Source: a virus. Taken from it: a stretch of 64,000 bases of DNA. This document shows, in pieces, positions 1 through 9,463 of this stretch. The notes below the pieces were generated by a model. The model searched no databases. It saw nothing but the letters and a program-made list of their open reading frames with translations, and was not told the origin of the DNA. Location: the IMG/VR virus record IMGVR_UViG_3300025381_000007, one strand, 5' to 3'. Every line of letters begins with the position of its first letter. The first letter of the stretch is position 1. A program made the translations under genes and the position numbers.

Positions 1-1
1 C

Positions 2-520
2 TCCAAAAGAGAAAATCAACTTATCTCCATCTGTCTTAGCCAAGAAACTTGTATGTTCTGTATTTGCACCTGCTTGGAACTGAAAGCGTTGAATGCCGGT
101 AACAGTAGGAGTAACTTCAACTTCCCAGTTAGCACCTTTGAACTTAACAGTCTTAAGTTTTTCTTCAATAACATCTTGATTCATGAAACGATAATCGTTC
201 TTGAAATCACCGTCCTTGTTTTCAAAATGTAATCCTGTTGGGATGTTAACACCGTTGCGTTGACCAGTTACTAACTCAATCTTAGCATCTTCTTGGTATT
301 CTTTACCTTCGATAAGATAACGAAGTTTTTCAAGTTGTGGCATACCAAATGTACCGATCAACTGTGGATATGGATCTGTAGTTTCTGCGTATAGAATAAC
401 ACTTTTGTTTTCTTCAATACTATCGATTAATGTTTTGTCTGATGTGCCAGTTACCTTAACAATGTTTAGGAAACCTAGTTTTTGTGTATGAGCTACGATG
501 TCTTTAAGTAAATCTTGCAT
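2..520 (-). CDS. Probable sliding clamp (T4 gp45-like), truncated at window edge
   Basis: Manual translation MQDLLKDIVAHTQKLGFLNIVKVTG...; lies next to the DNA polymerase; resembles large-phage clamp proteins (recall). Confidence 0.6.
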   Translation of the reverse strand, partial: MQDLLKDIVAHTQKLGFLNIVKVTGTSDKTLIDSIEENKSVILYAETTDPYPQLIGTFGMPQLEKLRYLIEGKEYQEDAKIELVTGQRNGVNIPTGLHFENKDGDFKNDYRFMNQDVIEEKLKTVKFKGANWEVEVTPTVTGIQRFQFQAGANTEHTSFLAKTDGDKLIFSFG

Positions 521-537
521 GATAAAAGTCCTTTGTA

Positions 538-567
538 TAAGTTTATTTAGGTTGAGAAGTAAAGTCA
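538..567 (-). promoter_or_regulatory. Sigma70-like promoter with overlapping TAAATA late-type box
   Basis: Minus strand TTGACT-17nt-TAAACT, containing TAAATA, upstream of the clamp gene. Confidence 0.45.
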
Positions 568-576
568 ATGACTATT

Positions 577-3246
577 TTATTCAAATGAGAATAAGGAGTT
601 AAATGTATTGGTCTCAGTAGTAGAACTTAAATCCCACTCCAATACACCGATAAGATTTTCAATCTTGTTATTAATAATAGTTGCTTCCATTTCTGCATGG
701 TCAAATGGAAGTTCTTGGAACCACTTAGGTAATCGTAGTTCGTCGACTGGATAAGCAATGCTAGTGAATCCCAATGGATTTGGACGCATCTTGCAGACAA
801 TAACTTTCATACCGTCAACAATCTGTTGACTGTATTTGTCACCGTTCATACGTTTCAATGTGTTCCAGTTGATACTAGCACGAACGTGTCCTGGCATATT
901 GGCCTTGCCAGCTTTCTTTTCTTTTTCTTGATATTCAGCAATATTATTGGCACGTTTTGGTGAACCTTTTTCCCATCCAGGTCGGGCCTTGAACTCGGTT
1001 CTAAACTCGCTAATCATATCTAGAATCTCTCGTTCTTCACTGCCATTCAGTACTTTGGTAAGAACTTCTTCCAAGAACTTTTGCATAAATTCTGGAGTGT
1101 CACTGCGTTTCAAATCTAAACCCATGGCTTTGATCTTACCAGGCTTGCCATTAACATCACTGCGCTTGCCTTCTTTATCGTAGTACAATACAGCATAGCG
1201 TTTCTTAGTAATGAATAAGCCTTTAATAGCAACGATTTCACGACCAGCTTTAATAACTTCTCCACGTGATTTTGGGCAGTGATGAGAGTTTAACATATGC
1301 TGCGGGAATGTACTATTCACCTCATCGGCAATGGTATCATATAGCTGAACAACGGTATCTTTAGTCCAAGGAATCTGCCCTTTGGCAATTTCATTCTTCA
1401 AGGATGTATAGGCGCTGAAGTAAGCGGAGTCAGTGTCTCCATAAATGATACTTTTGCCGATGTGGTTGTATTCGCCTGTGATGACTTCGTTAATTTTTGC
1501 TGCCATGTGTCTTGCGATTCCTCGGCCTGTAAGAGTGGTTGACTGACCAATGCGATTATCGAAAAAACGACAACCAGCGTTGAGAATAGCACCGTATAGG
1601 CTATTGAGGTTAATCTTTTTAACCAATTGACGTTTGTCCCAGTATTCTTCTTCAATTTTGTTCTCCGCTTTGATAGCTTCTTTGAGCTTGGCCTGCATTT
1701 CCTTACGCTCTTTATACCAGCGGGCAAGCAACCCTGGAATAATACCTTCCTTTTCGTGTGTAAAAATAGTGCCATTAGAACTCAACATCCATGGATTATT
1801 ACTTTCAAAGATAAGTTCATAAATTTGAGCACCGCTCATTACACTGGTCTCGCCATTTTCCCAGTCGATGATGATATCGTGAGCACGGTCTTGGTTCATA
1901 ACAAATTCGTATTCGTTACTGCCAAACTTACCTTCCCATGCACCTGCAAAACTAGTACCCTTGGAAATTTTATCTTCGATTTCTTCTTTGGTATAATCTT
2001 GACGTAACTGTCCGACAATAGTTTCTGGACCCATGTTCAATGCACGAATCACTGATGGATATAGTGAGTTAATATCCATTGAACCGATATAGTCGTGAAG
2101 TCCTTTTTTAGGATAAGCAACATACGCACCTGCTGCCTGTGTGTTTAGTGTATCATCTCGCTTAGGACGACTAGGCACAATAAGACCGCGGTGATGTGCT
2201 TCATTTACAATAGCCTGTTCTGTAACAGCTACAGCACCCATTGTAGTTTGTAGCAACACGGTGTTTTCATGAGCAACAGTATTAGCAAGGTCGATGAACT
2301 TGAGTTTCTTATCTAACTTATCTAATAGCGCACAGTCTTGTCTATTATATTCGATAAACTTACGGAAGTCGTTATTGTAAAGTTGATCTAATGTGCCTTC
2401 GTAGACAGTCTTAGATTCGCCTACTTCCATTTCTCCGATTGCATCCAATCGATAAGTGTGACGTTCTTCATATGTGTACTTTCTGTACAACTCGAGACTA
2501 TCAAGATGAACGCGACCGACAAGGTCATAAGTAACAGCGGCCTTTCCATACTTTTCGTACTCTCTCTTTTTAGGTAGTTGATCCCATAAGCAAAAACGAC
2601 GAGTATCTTCCTTACTCAATGTTTTTGTAACTCTATTTACTGTGTAGGGAATATCGAAGCCTTCGCTATTCCAACCACTTAGCACATCTGCATCCTGAAT
2701 CAAGTCCAAGAATGTATTAAGCATTTCATATTCAGTTTCAAATAAAACAGTATTAGGAAATTCTTTAACTTGCTCTTGTGCTTGTTCCATGGTCAATGTT
2801 TTAGGTGGAACAGCAAGACAAACTAGTGTATCTAACCATTGTAGGTGAACAGCGATAGCAGTGATTGGCATAAATGCATCGTCTGGACTTGCATAGCCAC
2901 GTTCTGGATCGAAGTCCACCTCAATATCAAAAAATGCTACATTTAGTTTTGGAGCATCTTTGCCAAGATAGTTTTCTTCTAGTGTGCGGAATACAGGATT
3001 GATATCGCTTTCATAAAGTTTATGATTGCTGTGAATTCTCTGTTCTTTTGTGAATTCTTTAAATGTTCGGGCTGTAACTTTATTAAGATTTTCGCCGAAG
3101 ATTGACTTATACTTGCCCCTTTGATCGGGATAGTAAAACATATAACGAGCAGGATATTCTTGGAATATTCTACCTTTCTTAGGATCACGTTCAACAACAT
3201 AGACAATGTCTTTGTCACGATCCCATCGTGAATCTACATAACTCAT
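577..3246 (-). CDS. Family B DNA polymerase (T4 gp43-like)
   Basis: Exo motifs FDIEVD and YNRQD; polymerase motifs DINSLYPS, KINLNSLYG, YGDTDS, KKRYA. Confidence 0.97.
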   Translation of the reverse strand: MSYVDSRWDRDKDIVYVVERDPKKGRIFQEYPARYMFYYPDQRGKYKSIFGENLNKVTARTFKEFTKEQRIHSNHKLYESDINPVFRTLEENYLGKDAPKLNVAFFDIEVDFDPERGYASPDDAFMPITAIAVHLQWLDTLVCLAVPPKTLTMEQAQEQVKEFPNTVLFETEYEMLNTFLDLIQDADVLSGWNSEGFDIPYTVNRVTKTLSKEDTRRFCLWDQLPKKREYEKYGKAAVTYDLVGRVHLDSLELYRKYTYEERHTYRLDAIGEMEVGESKTVYEGTLDQLYNNDFRKFIEYNRQDCALLDKLDKKLKFIDLANTVAHENTVLLQTTMGAVAVTEQAIVNEAHHRGLIVPSRPKRDDTLNTQAAGAYVAYPKKGLHDYIGSMDINSLYPSVIRALNMGPETIVGQLRQDYTKEEIEDKISKGTSFAGAWEGKFGSNEYEFVMNQDRAHDIIIDWENGETSVMSGAQIYELIFESNNPWMLSSNGTIFTHEKEGIIPGLLARWYKERKEMQAKLKEAIKAENKIEEEYWDKRQLVKKINLNSLYGAILNAGCRFFDNRIGQSTTLTGRGIARHMAAKINEVITGEYNHIGKSIIYGDTDSAYFSAYTSLKNEIAKGQIPWTKDTVVQLYDTIADEVNSTFPQHMLNSHHCPKSRGEVIKAGREIVAIKGLFITKKRYAVLYYDKEGKRSDVNGKPGKIKAMGLDLKRSDTPEFMQKFLEEVLTKVLNGSEEREILDMISEFRTEFKARPGWEKGSPKRANNIAEYQEKEKKAGKANMPGHVRASINWNTLKRMNGDKYSQQIVDGMKVIVCKMRPNPLGFTSIAYPVDELRLPKWFQELPFDHAEMEATIINNKIENLIGVLEWDLSSTTETNTFNSLFSFE

Positions 3247-3260
3247 ATTATTTTTCTTCC

Positions 3261-3312
3261 TTGAGATTTCAGGCTCTCAAATACCACTATGCGATTTATG
3301 GCTCGCTAGACC
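3261..3312 (-). promoter_or_regulatory. Tandem hairpins in the polymerase leader, candidate translational operator
   Basis: GCGA-GCCATAAA-TCGC and TTGAGA-GCCTGAAA-TCTCAA, both with 8-nt loops, abutting the SD. Confidence 0.5.
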
Positions 3313-3316
3313 GTTC

Positions 3317-3613
3317 TCAAAAATATTTAGCCAACATTCGAATGAGGCCTATAGAATCTATGCTTACAAGCAAGACATAGTTAGCAAGCATGCCAAATGA
3401 TTGCCTAGTAAAACTAGCCCAAGCATACAACATACAGCCAAAAATCCAAGCGGGATATAGTAGAACCAATGGAGGATTGGGTACCGTGACCGCCATCGTG
3501 ATGCTACACGCGATGCTAATAGTCCAAGCCACAAACTCAGCAATGAACCTAATATGATTAGATTTGTAGTCATCTTTGATCCATTGTATAGTGTCTAATA
3601 TAATTTTACGCAT
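3317..3613 (-). CDS. Small membrane protein
   Basis: About three hydrophobic helices; ATG overlaps the upstream stop. Confidence 0.7.
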   Translation of the reverse strand: MRKIILDTIQWIKDDYKSNHIRFIAEFVAWTISIACSITMAVTVPNPPLVLLYPAWIFGCMLYAWASFTRQSFGMLANYVLLVSIDSIGLIRMLAKYF

Positions 3614-3878
3614 CGTCGCGACGATTTGCGTGGCCGCTGATGTCAACAATAGTTTCTAAATCATCAAATTCACGGAATACTTGATCCCATTGGTCTTTTT
3701 GTGCAATCTTAATAGCCTTGCGAATAACACTGGGCTTGACATCTAGTTCTTCGGCTACTGCTTTGATAGTTTCATTCAGACCTTCTGTAAGGTCTTGAAT
3801 TTCCTGCATGACTGTGCAACCTTCTGCTACGATTTGTTTAATCTTTGCCTGTTCGGGTGCGCCAAAACTTTTACTCAT
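3606..3878 (-). CDS. Small helical protein, possibly T4 DsbA-like dsDNA-binding protein
   Basis: IKAVAEELDVKPSVIRKAIKIA pattern; AAGGAG SD before MSKSF. Confidence 0.5.
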   Translation of the reverse strand: MSKSFGAPEQAKIKQIVAEGCTVMQEIQDLTEGLNETIKAVAEELDVKPSVIRKAIKIAQKDQWDQVFREFDDLETIVDISGHANRRDDA

Positions 3879-3900
3879 AAAAAATCTCCTTGTTAGTAAG

Positions 3901-3928
3901 TTTATACTATACAAGGAGTAAATGTCAA
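3901..3928 (-). promoter_or_regulatory. Sigma70-like promoter
   Basis: TTGACA-16nt-TATAAA. Confidence 0.55.
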
Positions 3929-4668
3929 CTTTTGTCGTATAATTCTGAGTATTTTTCTTTTAATACTTTCTGTGCGTTTTGATAGTTGGTCACTGTTTGT
4001 ATTAATGCCGGTGTTCTGGGAATTTCTGTAACTTTTTCTACAAATGATAATGTCCCTTCTGCATCATTTGTTAATGTTGTATAAGGAATATTAAAATATT
4101 TTTCTATGCAGTCTTCTAAAAAATCATCAATATATCCACATCGTTTATTTTGTTTTTTTAATATCTTGGCTATTATAGAAGTTGGTAGATCTTTTAAACT
4201 AGATGCACTAGTTAATAGCGGTAAATCACTGTTTTTTGATTGTTCAATATTATAAAGATCGTAAACATCATTTTTTCTATCATCTGTCAATCCGGGCGTT
4301 ATAGGATCATTACCCCACATTTTTAAAAAATGATTTATTTCTATTTCATGATAATCATCAGGAGTAATGGTTATTCCTATCAATGAATAGTTTATGTACA
4401 TGTTTTTTATTGTTAAATCATCACCTGTACTAACTTGTACTATATAAGGACTCGATGTATCTTTAGGTTCGAATTCAGTAAATTTTGGATTCCATGGCGT
4501 TTCGGATTTTATAGTTGTGTGGTTATTAATATATTGAAACCAATATAAATGTGCATCGCCTTTTGGAAAATCGTATGTATTCCAATTTAAAAAAGAATGA
4601 GCAATAAGTCCGCCTAAAAAACTATGCCCGTCACCACCACGGCTGAATACAGCATATATATCTTTCAT
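3925..4668 (-). CDS. Hypothetical protein, sulfotransferase/P-loop-like N-terminus
   Basis: AVFSRGGDGHSFL; similar N-terminus to the ORF at 23195; very AT-rich. Confidence 0.5.
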   Translation of the reverse strand: MKDIYAVFSRGGDGHSFLGGLIAHSFLNWNTYDFPKGDAHLYWFQYINNHTTIKSETPWNPKFTEFEPKDTSSPYIVQVSTGDDLTIKNMYINYSLIGITITPDDYHEIEINHFLKMWGNDPITPGLTDDRKNDVYDLYNIEQSKNSDLPLLTSASSLKDLPTSIIAKILKKQNKRCGYIDDFLEDCIEKYFNIPYTTLTNDAEGTLSFVEKVTEIPRTPALIQTVTNYQNAQKVLKEKYSELYDKS

Positions 4669-5298
4669 TTAGTTGTTTAGATCAAATGCTTTAAGATTTT
4701 TTTCGATTTGATCTGGACGAACATCACGGGTCAAACTCATTGAGTAGCGGGGATCATTGGCCTGTTTCTTAGTGGCAATAACCCCACTGGCATCTTCTAT
4801 AGGATGATTTTCATCACCTAAGAATGTATCAGCAAACTTTTTACATAGTTTTGTGATGTCCTTATTACCGGTACATTCTACGGTAAATTCAAAATCTTCA
4901 TCATGTTGGCTAGGATCACTGTATCCACAATAGACTTTTTTTACAGGACTAGCATTGATGTAATCTGTACAACTACCTTGATACCGATCTGCCATAGCAC
5001 CATCGCATGGACTTAGAGTTGTTAGTATAATACTACCTTCAGGGATATCGCCATACTCTCGTTCGTAAGCATCTATAGCATTACGTTCAGCATGGCTCCA
5101 TTTGTTGCCAACTTTCATACTGGTACGAGCAACCGCACGATGATCTGGATCTAATACACAGGCCGACACCATACCAAATTTTTTGGGATCTTTCTTTTGT
5201 CCAGCAATGATTAAATTGCAAAGTTCAACAAGGTACTTATCCAAGTGTTTACGACCGTGGATTTTGTAATCGCTCTTGATAAACTCTAAGATTTTCAT
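4669..5298 (-). CDS. Zn-dependent deaminase (CDA/RibD-like fold)
   Basis: HAE motif, TLSPC and a downstream Cys. Confidence 0.75.
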   Translation of the reverse strand: MKILEFIKSDYKIHGRKHLDKYLVELCNLIIAGQKKDPKKFGMVSACVLDPDHRAVARTSMKVGNKWSHAERNAIDAYEREYGDIPEGSIILTTLSPCDGAMADRYQGSCTDYINASPVKKVYCGYSDPSQHDEDFEFTVECTGNKDITKLCKKFADTFLGDENHPIEDASGVIATKKQANDPRYSMSLTRDVRPDQIEKNLKAFDLNN

Positions 5299-5876
5299 TT
5301 CTTTTTAGCCCGGCCTGCTTTCATGTTTGCTAGCCAATGTGCCATACGGGCCTTTTCACCTGTTGAATGTTTGGCAGTATTTCTTAAACTACTAACACTT
5401 GCTTTGGTATTTACGCCACTACGTTTGGCAAGACCTTTTCGTCCGGGATTTTTTCCATCGGCAAAGTTCTCATCTGTTTTACCTGCTTTTTTTTTAGCAA
5501 TAGCAATAGCAGCCTGTTGAGCAGGATTGGCTGCTTCTTTCAATGTTTGTAATACATTGTATAGTTGTTCAACACTTTCACAATGCCATTTACGTAGTGC
5601 TTTATTGATACGGCTATTTGGATCTCTCTTGGTCGAGGCTCCTGTACGATGTTTCTTCATGCCCTTCATACGAGCACAGAAACTCTTACGACGTTTGCTG
5701 GCCTTGCTGCCTTTCTTTAACTTACTGGGTTTAGTAGTCACAGCAGTTTGTAGTTTACTACCGGGATGTTCGCGACGATAACTCGCTACGCCTTTTTTAT
5801 TAAGGCCACCGTTTTTATTTTTACCACTTGATTTTTGCCAAGCGGCTGATTCAGTAATAAATTCTTCGGCTCTCAT
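5295..5876 (-). CDS. Basic modular protein (DUF6321-like, by recall), putative internal head protein
   Basis: MRAEEFITE leader; GGLNKKG...RRKSFCARM...KALRKWHC; further modules each begin after Glu. Confidence 0.65.
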   Translation of the reverse strand: MRAEEFITESAAWQKSSGKNKNGGLNKKGVASYRREHPGSKLQTAVTTKPSKLKKGSKASKRRKSFCARMKGMKKHRTGASTKRDPNSRINKALRKWHCESVEQLYNVLQTLKEAANPAQQAAIAIAKKKAGKTDENFADGKNPGRKGLAKRSGVNTKASVSSLRNTAKHSTGEKARMAHWLANMKAGRAKKK

Positions 5877-8365
5877 TTCTTTTTCTTCTTAGGATTTTTA
5901 GCGCCGTAGCTGGCAGCAATAGCCATCTGACGTATTTTTTCTGGACTCTTGTTTTTAAACTGATGATGACCTTTTGCGTTAGGTGTTTGAGCAGCTTTGG
6001 CAAAATCATCAATATACTTTTTTACTGGATCATTGGGTTTAAGTTTTTCAGCTAACTTAGAAGATAGTGACTCTAAATAAGCATCTTGTTCTTCGCCCAT
6101 ATCGTGTTCATCGTCTACAGCATTAAACACCGCATCTAAGTAATCAGCGGCCTTAGTAACTTTACTTTGTTGCCACGGTTCCAATGTATCGCCTTGTGCT
6201 TGCATTTGTTTGACAGCATGACGTAGTTTAGATGCATGTTTGACTAGACTCTTTAGTTGGCTGCTGGTCATGCCATTGGCTTCATCATTATACCATTCTG
6301 GATTTTCGTGAACACTATCATCGTGACCAGCACCGGCCCATTTGCTAGTACCGTGTGCTGTAGCAGCCGCTCCTTGTCCCCAACCTTTGCCTACATCGCT
6401 ATGATCTTCTTTAAGACCACCAACTTTCATGGCCTGTTCTTTATTTGAACTATATCCTTGAGCAATGGCCTGTTGTCTTTGGTTAGGCCAAATATTGGCA
6501 ACATACATTTTTCCATCACGAACAATGTACCAAGATTCCTTGTCCATTTCGTCACCAGCAGGACCACCTGTACCGTATCTTGTGCTGCGGTTGTAGTCCA
6601 TTTGACGTTGTTGATCGCGCTCGTTATCGTTGGCGTAATAGCCGCCTTCGTCATCATGACGACCTTCGTTAGGTACACAGTTACGAACTTGTCCACCGTT
6701 CTTACCTTTCTTAGTACCAGCCGCATGATGTCCTGGCCAACATTTAGTAAAACCATTTGAGTCCTTAGCACCTTTCTTGATCTCATTAAGATTACCATGT
6801 GTTTGGCACATACCGCAATCTGGGCATACTGCTTCCATTGTCATCATACTTTCTTCGTGCTTTTTCTTACCGGCACAGTGAGCCTTTTGACTAAAGCCTT
6901 TTGGATGACTACAGTTGATTGAACTCTTATACTTCTGACTCCACTCTTCCGCCACACCTTGCTCTTTAGGCATAGGAATATATCCTTTGCCACTACAACG
7001 ACGACACGATTTGGTAGGGTCTAAAGTATCTTCGCCACTGCCATCGCATTGCGGGCAGGTGCGAGTGGCTTGATCTTCCGCCACACCTTGCTCGTTAATT
7101 CTTAATTGTTTCTTTGTGTAGGCGATATTACTATCAAAACTTTTTTGACCTTTTTCTTCTGTGGGTTTGGTTATATCCGAATGAACTTGTTTTCCGCCAG
7201 CATAAACTCTTACTTGATATCCCCATGGTGTCTTATGTAGTTCATGTGTGTATGGTCCTATTGTTTCAGAGCGGATAACAGATTCTTTTAGTGAGCCTTC
7301 CGCCACACCTTCCTTCATTCTGCGACCATGTTGATCTAATACTATAAGTTTGCCGCCGAATTTTTTAATATGAGCCAATGCCAAGTCTCGTGATAGGAAT
7401 GTTTTAACAAACTCATTTTTGCTATCAGGAAATACACCATACTCAGTTGGTTCAGGGGTATATGTAAGTTTACCTTTTGCTTCCGCCACACCTTCCTGTA
7501 ATCCCGGAATAGGATGTAATCCTTTGGGAATTTCTCCAGTCCAATGCTGTGATCCGTGCCTTGCTGGTAAATCTCTTATGGCATTTTCTTCCGCTAACTC
7601 ACACAATTCAGTATGATGTAAAAATATAGTGCTACCACAATCATAACAAGGATAGTTATCAAATGGGTCCTCATCGTCATCGCCACCACTCATAGCAAAT
7701 TCATTCAAGGAGCCTTCCGCCACACCTTGCTCGTCACTCTTGTTAATCAAATCGATGTTACCAAACTGACGAAGATGTTTTATTGTGTTATTAAGATGGT
7801 GGTAATAATCTGGATCGTCTTTACTGACACCATTTTGTGCTAATAATTTTTCAGCATAACGATGTGTTGGCATTTCTTTCTTCAATAGTTCCGGAGCGCC
7901 TTCCGCCACACCTTCTTCTTTTTTAACAACAAAGTTTATGTTTTTGTTTCCGGTGTTGGGATCAATGTATGTGCTTTTGAATACTTTACCGCCGTGTTCT
8001 CGAGCGTAGGCAAATGCTTCATGTTTGTTATCAAATCTATTAGTAGGCGGTTTAATCATAGGGCTTGCTTCTTCCGCCATATCTAATTCACGGGCTTTGT
8101 GTTTTACATCGCCCTGCTTTTCGGCCTTCTTCTTATCCTTGTGAGCACCGGCACCGCCCATCTTGGCGTTCTTGGCCACAAAGTTTCTTGGTTTACTAGC
8201 AGGTATTTCTTTAGGACCCATTCTGCTTTGAACAATAATACTATCTTTGCCTAATGGTTTACTAACGCTAGCAATGCCGCCAGCACTTGTTCCGCCACTT
8301 GTAGCAGATTCTAACGTATAAACGGTAGTGTCTTTAAAGTTTTTAGATTTAAATTCGTTGTTCAT
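5873..8365 (-). CDS. Modular polyprotein with six [Q/E]GVAE linkers, putative internal head protein
   Basis: 830-aa ORF; repeated GVAE linkers separate unrelated mini-domains. Confidence 0.8.
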   Translation of the reverse strand: MNNEFKSKNFKDTTVYTLESATSGGTSAGGIASVSKPLGKDSIIVQSRMGPKEIPASKPRNFVAKNAKMGGAGAHKDKKKAEKQGDVKHKARELDMAEEASPMIKPPTNRFDNKHEAFAYAREHGGKVFKSTYIDPNTGNKNINFVVKKEEGVAEGAPELLKKEMPTHRYAEKLLAQNGVSKDDPDYYHHLNNTIKHLRQFGNIDLINKSDEQGVAEGSLNEFAMSGGDDDEDPFDNYPCYDCGSTIFLHHTELCELAEENAIRDLPARHGSQHWTGEIPKGLHPIPGLQEGVAEAKGKLTYTPEPTEYGVFPDSKNEFVKTFLSRDLALAHIKKFGGKLIVLDQHGRRMKEGVAEGSLKESVIRSETIGPYTHELHKTPWGYQVRVYAGGKQVHSDITKPTEEKGQKSFDSNIAYTKKQLRINEQGVAEDQATRTCPQCDGSGEDTLDPTKSCRRCSGKGYIPMPKEQGVAEEWSQKYKSSINCSHPKGFSQKAHCAGKKKHEESMMTMEAVCPDCGMCQTHGNLNEIKKGAKDSNGFTKCWPGHHAAGTKKGKNGGQVRNCVPNEGRHDDEGGYYANDNERDQQRQMDYNRSTRYGTGGPAGDEMDKESWYIVRDGKMYVANIWPNQRQQAIAQGYSSNKEQAMKVGGLKEDHSDVGKGWGQGAAATAHGTSKWAGAGHDDSVHENPEWYNDEANGMTSSQLKSLVKHASKLRHAVKQMQAQGDTLEPWQQSKVTKAADYLDAVFNAVDDEHDMGEEQDAYLESLSSKLAEKLKPNDPVKKYIDDFAKAAQTPNAKGHHQFKNKSPEKIRQMAIAASYGAKNPKKKKK
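6946..7914 (-). repeat. Six identical interspersed 15-bp repeats (plus strand CTTCCGCCACACCTT)
   Basis: Copies at 6946, 7075, 7297, 7480, 7714 and 7900; periods 129, 222, 183, 234, 186 bp, all multiples of 3; degenerate copy at 8071. Confidence 0.95.
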
Positions 8366-8733
8366 TTCTTTCTATTCCTAGGATTCCAATCAGCTATTGG
8401 ACTAGTCTTATTTACATCTTTACTTTCTCTACTGCCACCAGGTGTTAGTTGAACTTTTGGAGTACCTACTAGATTAGCCGCGGCTTGTAGAATGTTATCT
8501 TCAACGTCAGTGTATCCAATAGTAACCATTTTCAAGCCTGTTGGACCTGCAACATCCATTTTTTGATTCGGTAATCCTGCAACAGCAACACCAAATCTAT
8601 AAGCAAGATAACCACTACTATTATCTAATTCTGGCCAGATATGACTATTAGGTAGTGCTTCAGCTACATCAGGGTGCCAACCGCTTGCACCTGAATAGTC
8701 TTTGGCTTCTTTTACAAATTCTCTTGCTCTCAT
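8362..8733 (-). CDS. Hypothetical protein, putative internal head protein
   Basis: MRAREFVKE leader; coupled to neighbouring genes. Confidence 0.65.
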   Translation of the reverse strand: MRAREFVKEAKDYSGASGWHPDVAEALPNSHIWPELDNSSGYLAYRFGVAVAGLPNQKMDVAGPTGLKMVTIGYTDVEDNILQAAANLVGTPKVQLTPGGSRESKDVNKTSPIADWNPRNRKK

Positions 8734-9179
8734 AGTCTTGCATCCTTACTTAAACTAGCACGTAGGAACCAAAGGTGTTTCTTATGTGCATCCATACGCT
8801 CTGCTAGAAAGTTGCTTAGGCCATGTTCGCCTTCGCCTTCAGCAGCATCATAGTTTTTCTTTAAGATTATCAATAACTTTTCGCTATCTATGATCAGTTC
8901 TTTAACCATGTCATCTTTACTGGGTACACGATCTTCATCTTCGATCTTAGTTAACATACTTAGGTTATGATAACTTGTGGGCATATAGGCATTTAGCTTA
9001 CGAACATTTTCAGCAAATGGATCGATTGATTCATATACTTCATTATAGATTTCTTCAAATAGTTTATGGTATTCGTAAAAGTCGCTGCCTTCTACATTCC
9101 AGTGAAAACTATGAGTTTTCACATAGAAGCTAAAAGTGCTACTAAATGCTATTCGAGTTAATTGAACTAACTTATCCAT
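8730..9179 (-). CDS. dps: Dps/ferritin-like protein
   Basis: KTHSFHWNVEGSDFYEYHKLFEEIY...DPFAE and HKKHLWFL motifs. Confidence 0.9.
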   Translation of the reverse strand: MDKLVQLTRIAFSSTFSFYVKTHSFHWNVEGSDFYEYHKLFEEIYNEVYESIDPFAENVRKLNAYMPTSYHNLSMLTKIEDEDRVPSKDDMVKELIIDSEKLLIILKKNYDAAEGEGEHGLSNFLAERMDAHKKHLWFLRASLSKDARL

Positions 9180-9181
9180 TA

Positions 9182-9463
9182 TTATTTTCCATACCATAGT
9201 TCGAACCATGCGGGAGTGCCTGGGCGAATATTATTTGCCTTCATATATTGTGCTTTGTCATTGCCACTCATTCCGGCTTTGTCTATATTTAGTTTATTTG
9301 CTTCGGCAACTTTGGCCTTGTATTCAGCCAACCTAACCGTGCTGCCCAAGCCACCCATATAACTAGCAATTTTAAGTTCGTGTATAGGATCGTTGGGCGC
9401 AAGATAACAATCATCGGGACTATCCTGAGTTATGTTTTCTTTTGTAATACGAAACTGTTTCAT
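9182..9463 (-). CDS. Hypothetical protein
   Basis: ORF in a coupled operon. Confidence 0.65.
   Translation of the reverse strand: MKQFRITKENITQDSPDDCYLAPNDPIHELKIASYMGGLGSTVRLAEYKAKVAEANKLNIDKAGMSGNDKAQYMKANNIRPGTPAWFELWYGK

Noticed and set aside
947-3218. Short ORFs overlapping the polymerase, and similar ones within clpA and uvsE
   Set aside because: Antisense or out-of-frame shadows of well-supported genes, with no motifs or SD.
6946-7914. CRISPR array interpretation of the 15-bp repeats
   Set aside because: Repeats are too short, spacers are 114-219 bp and in-frame coding, and no cas genes are visible.
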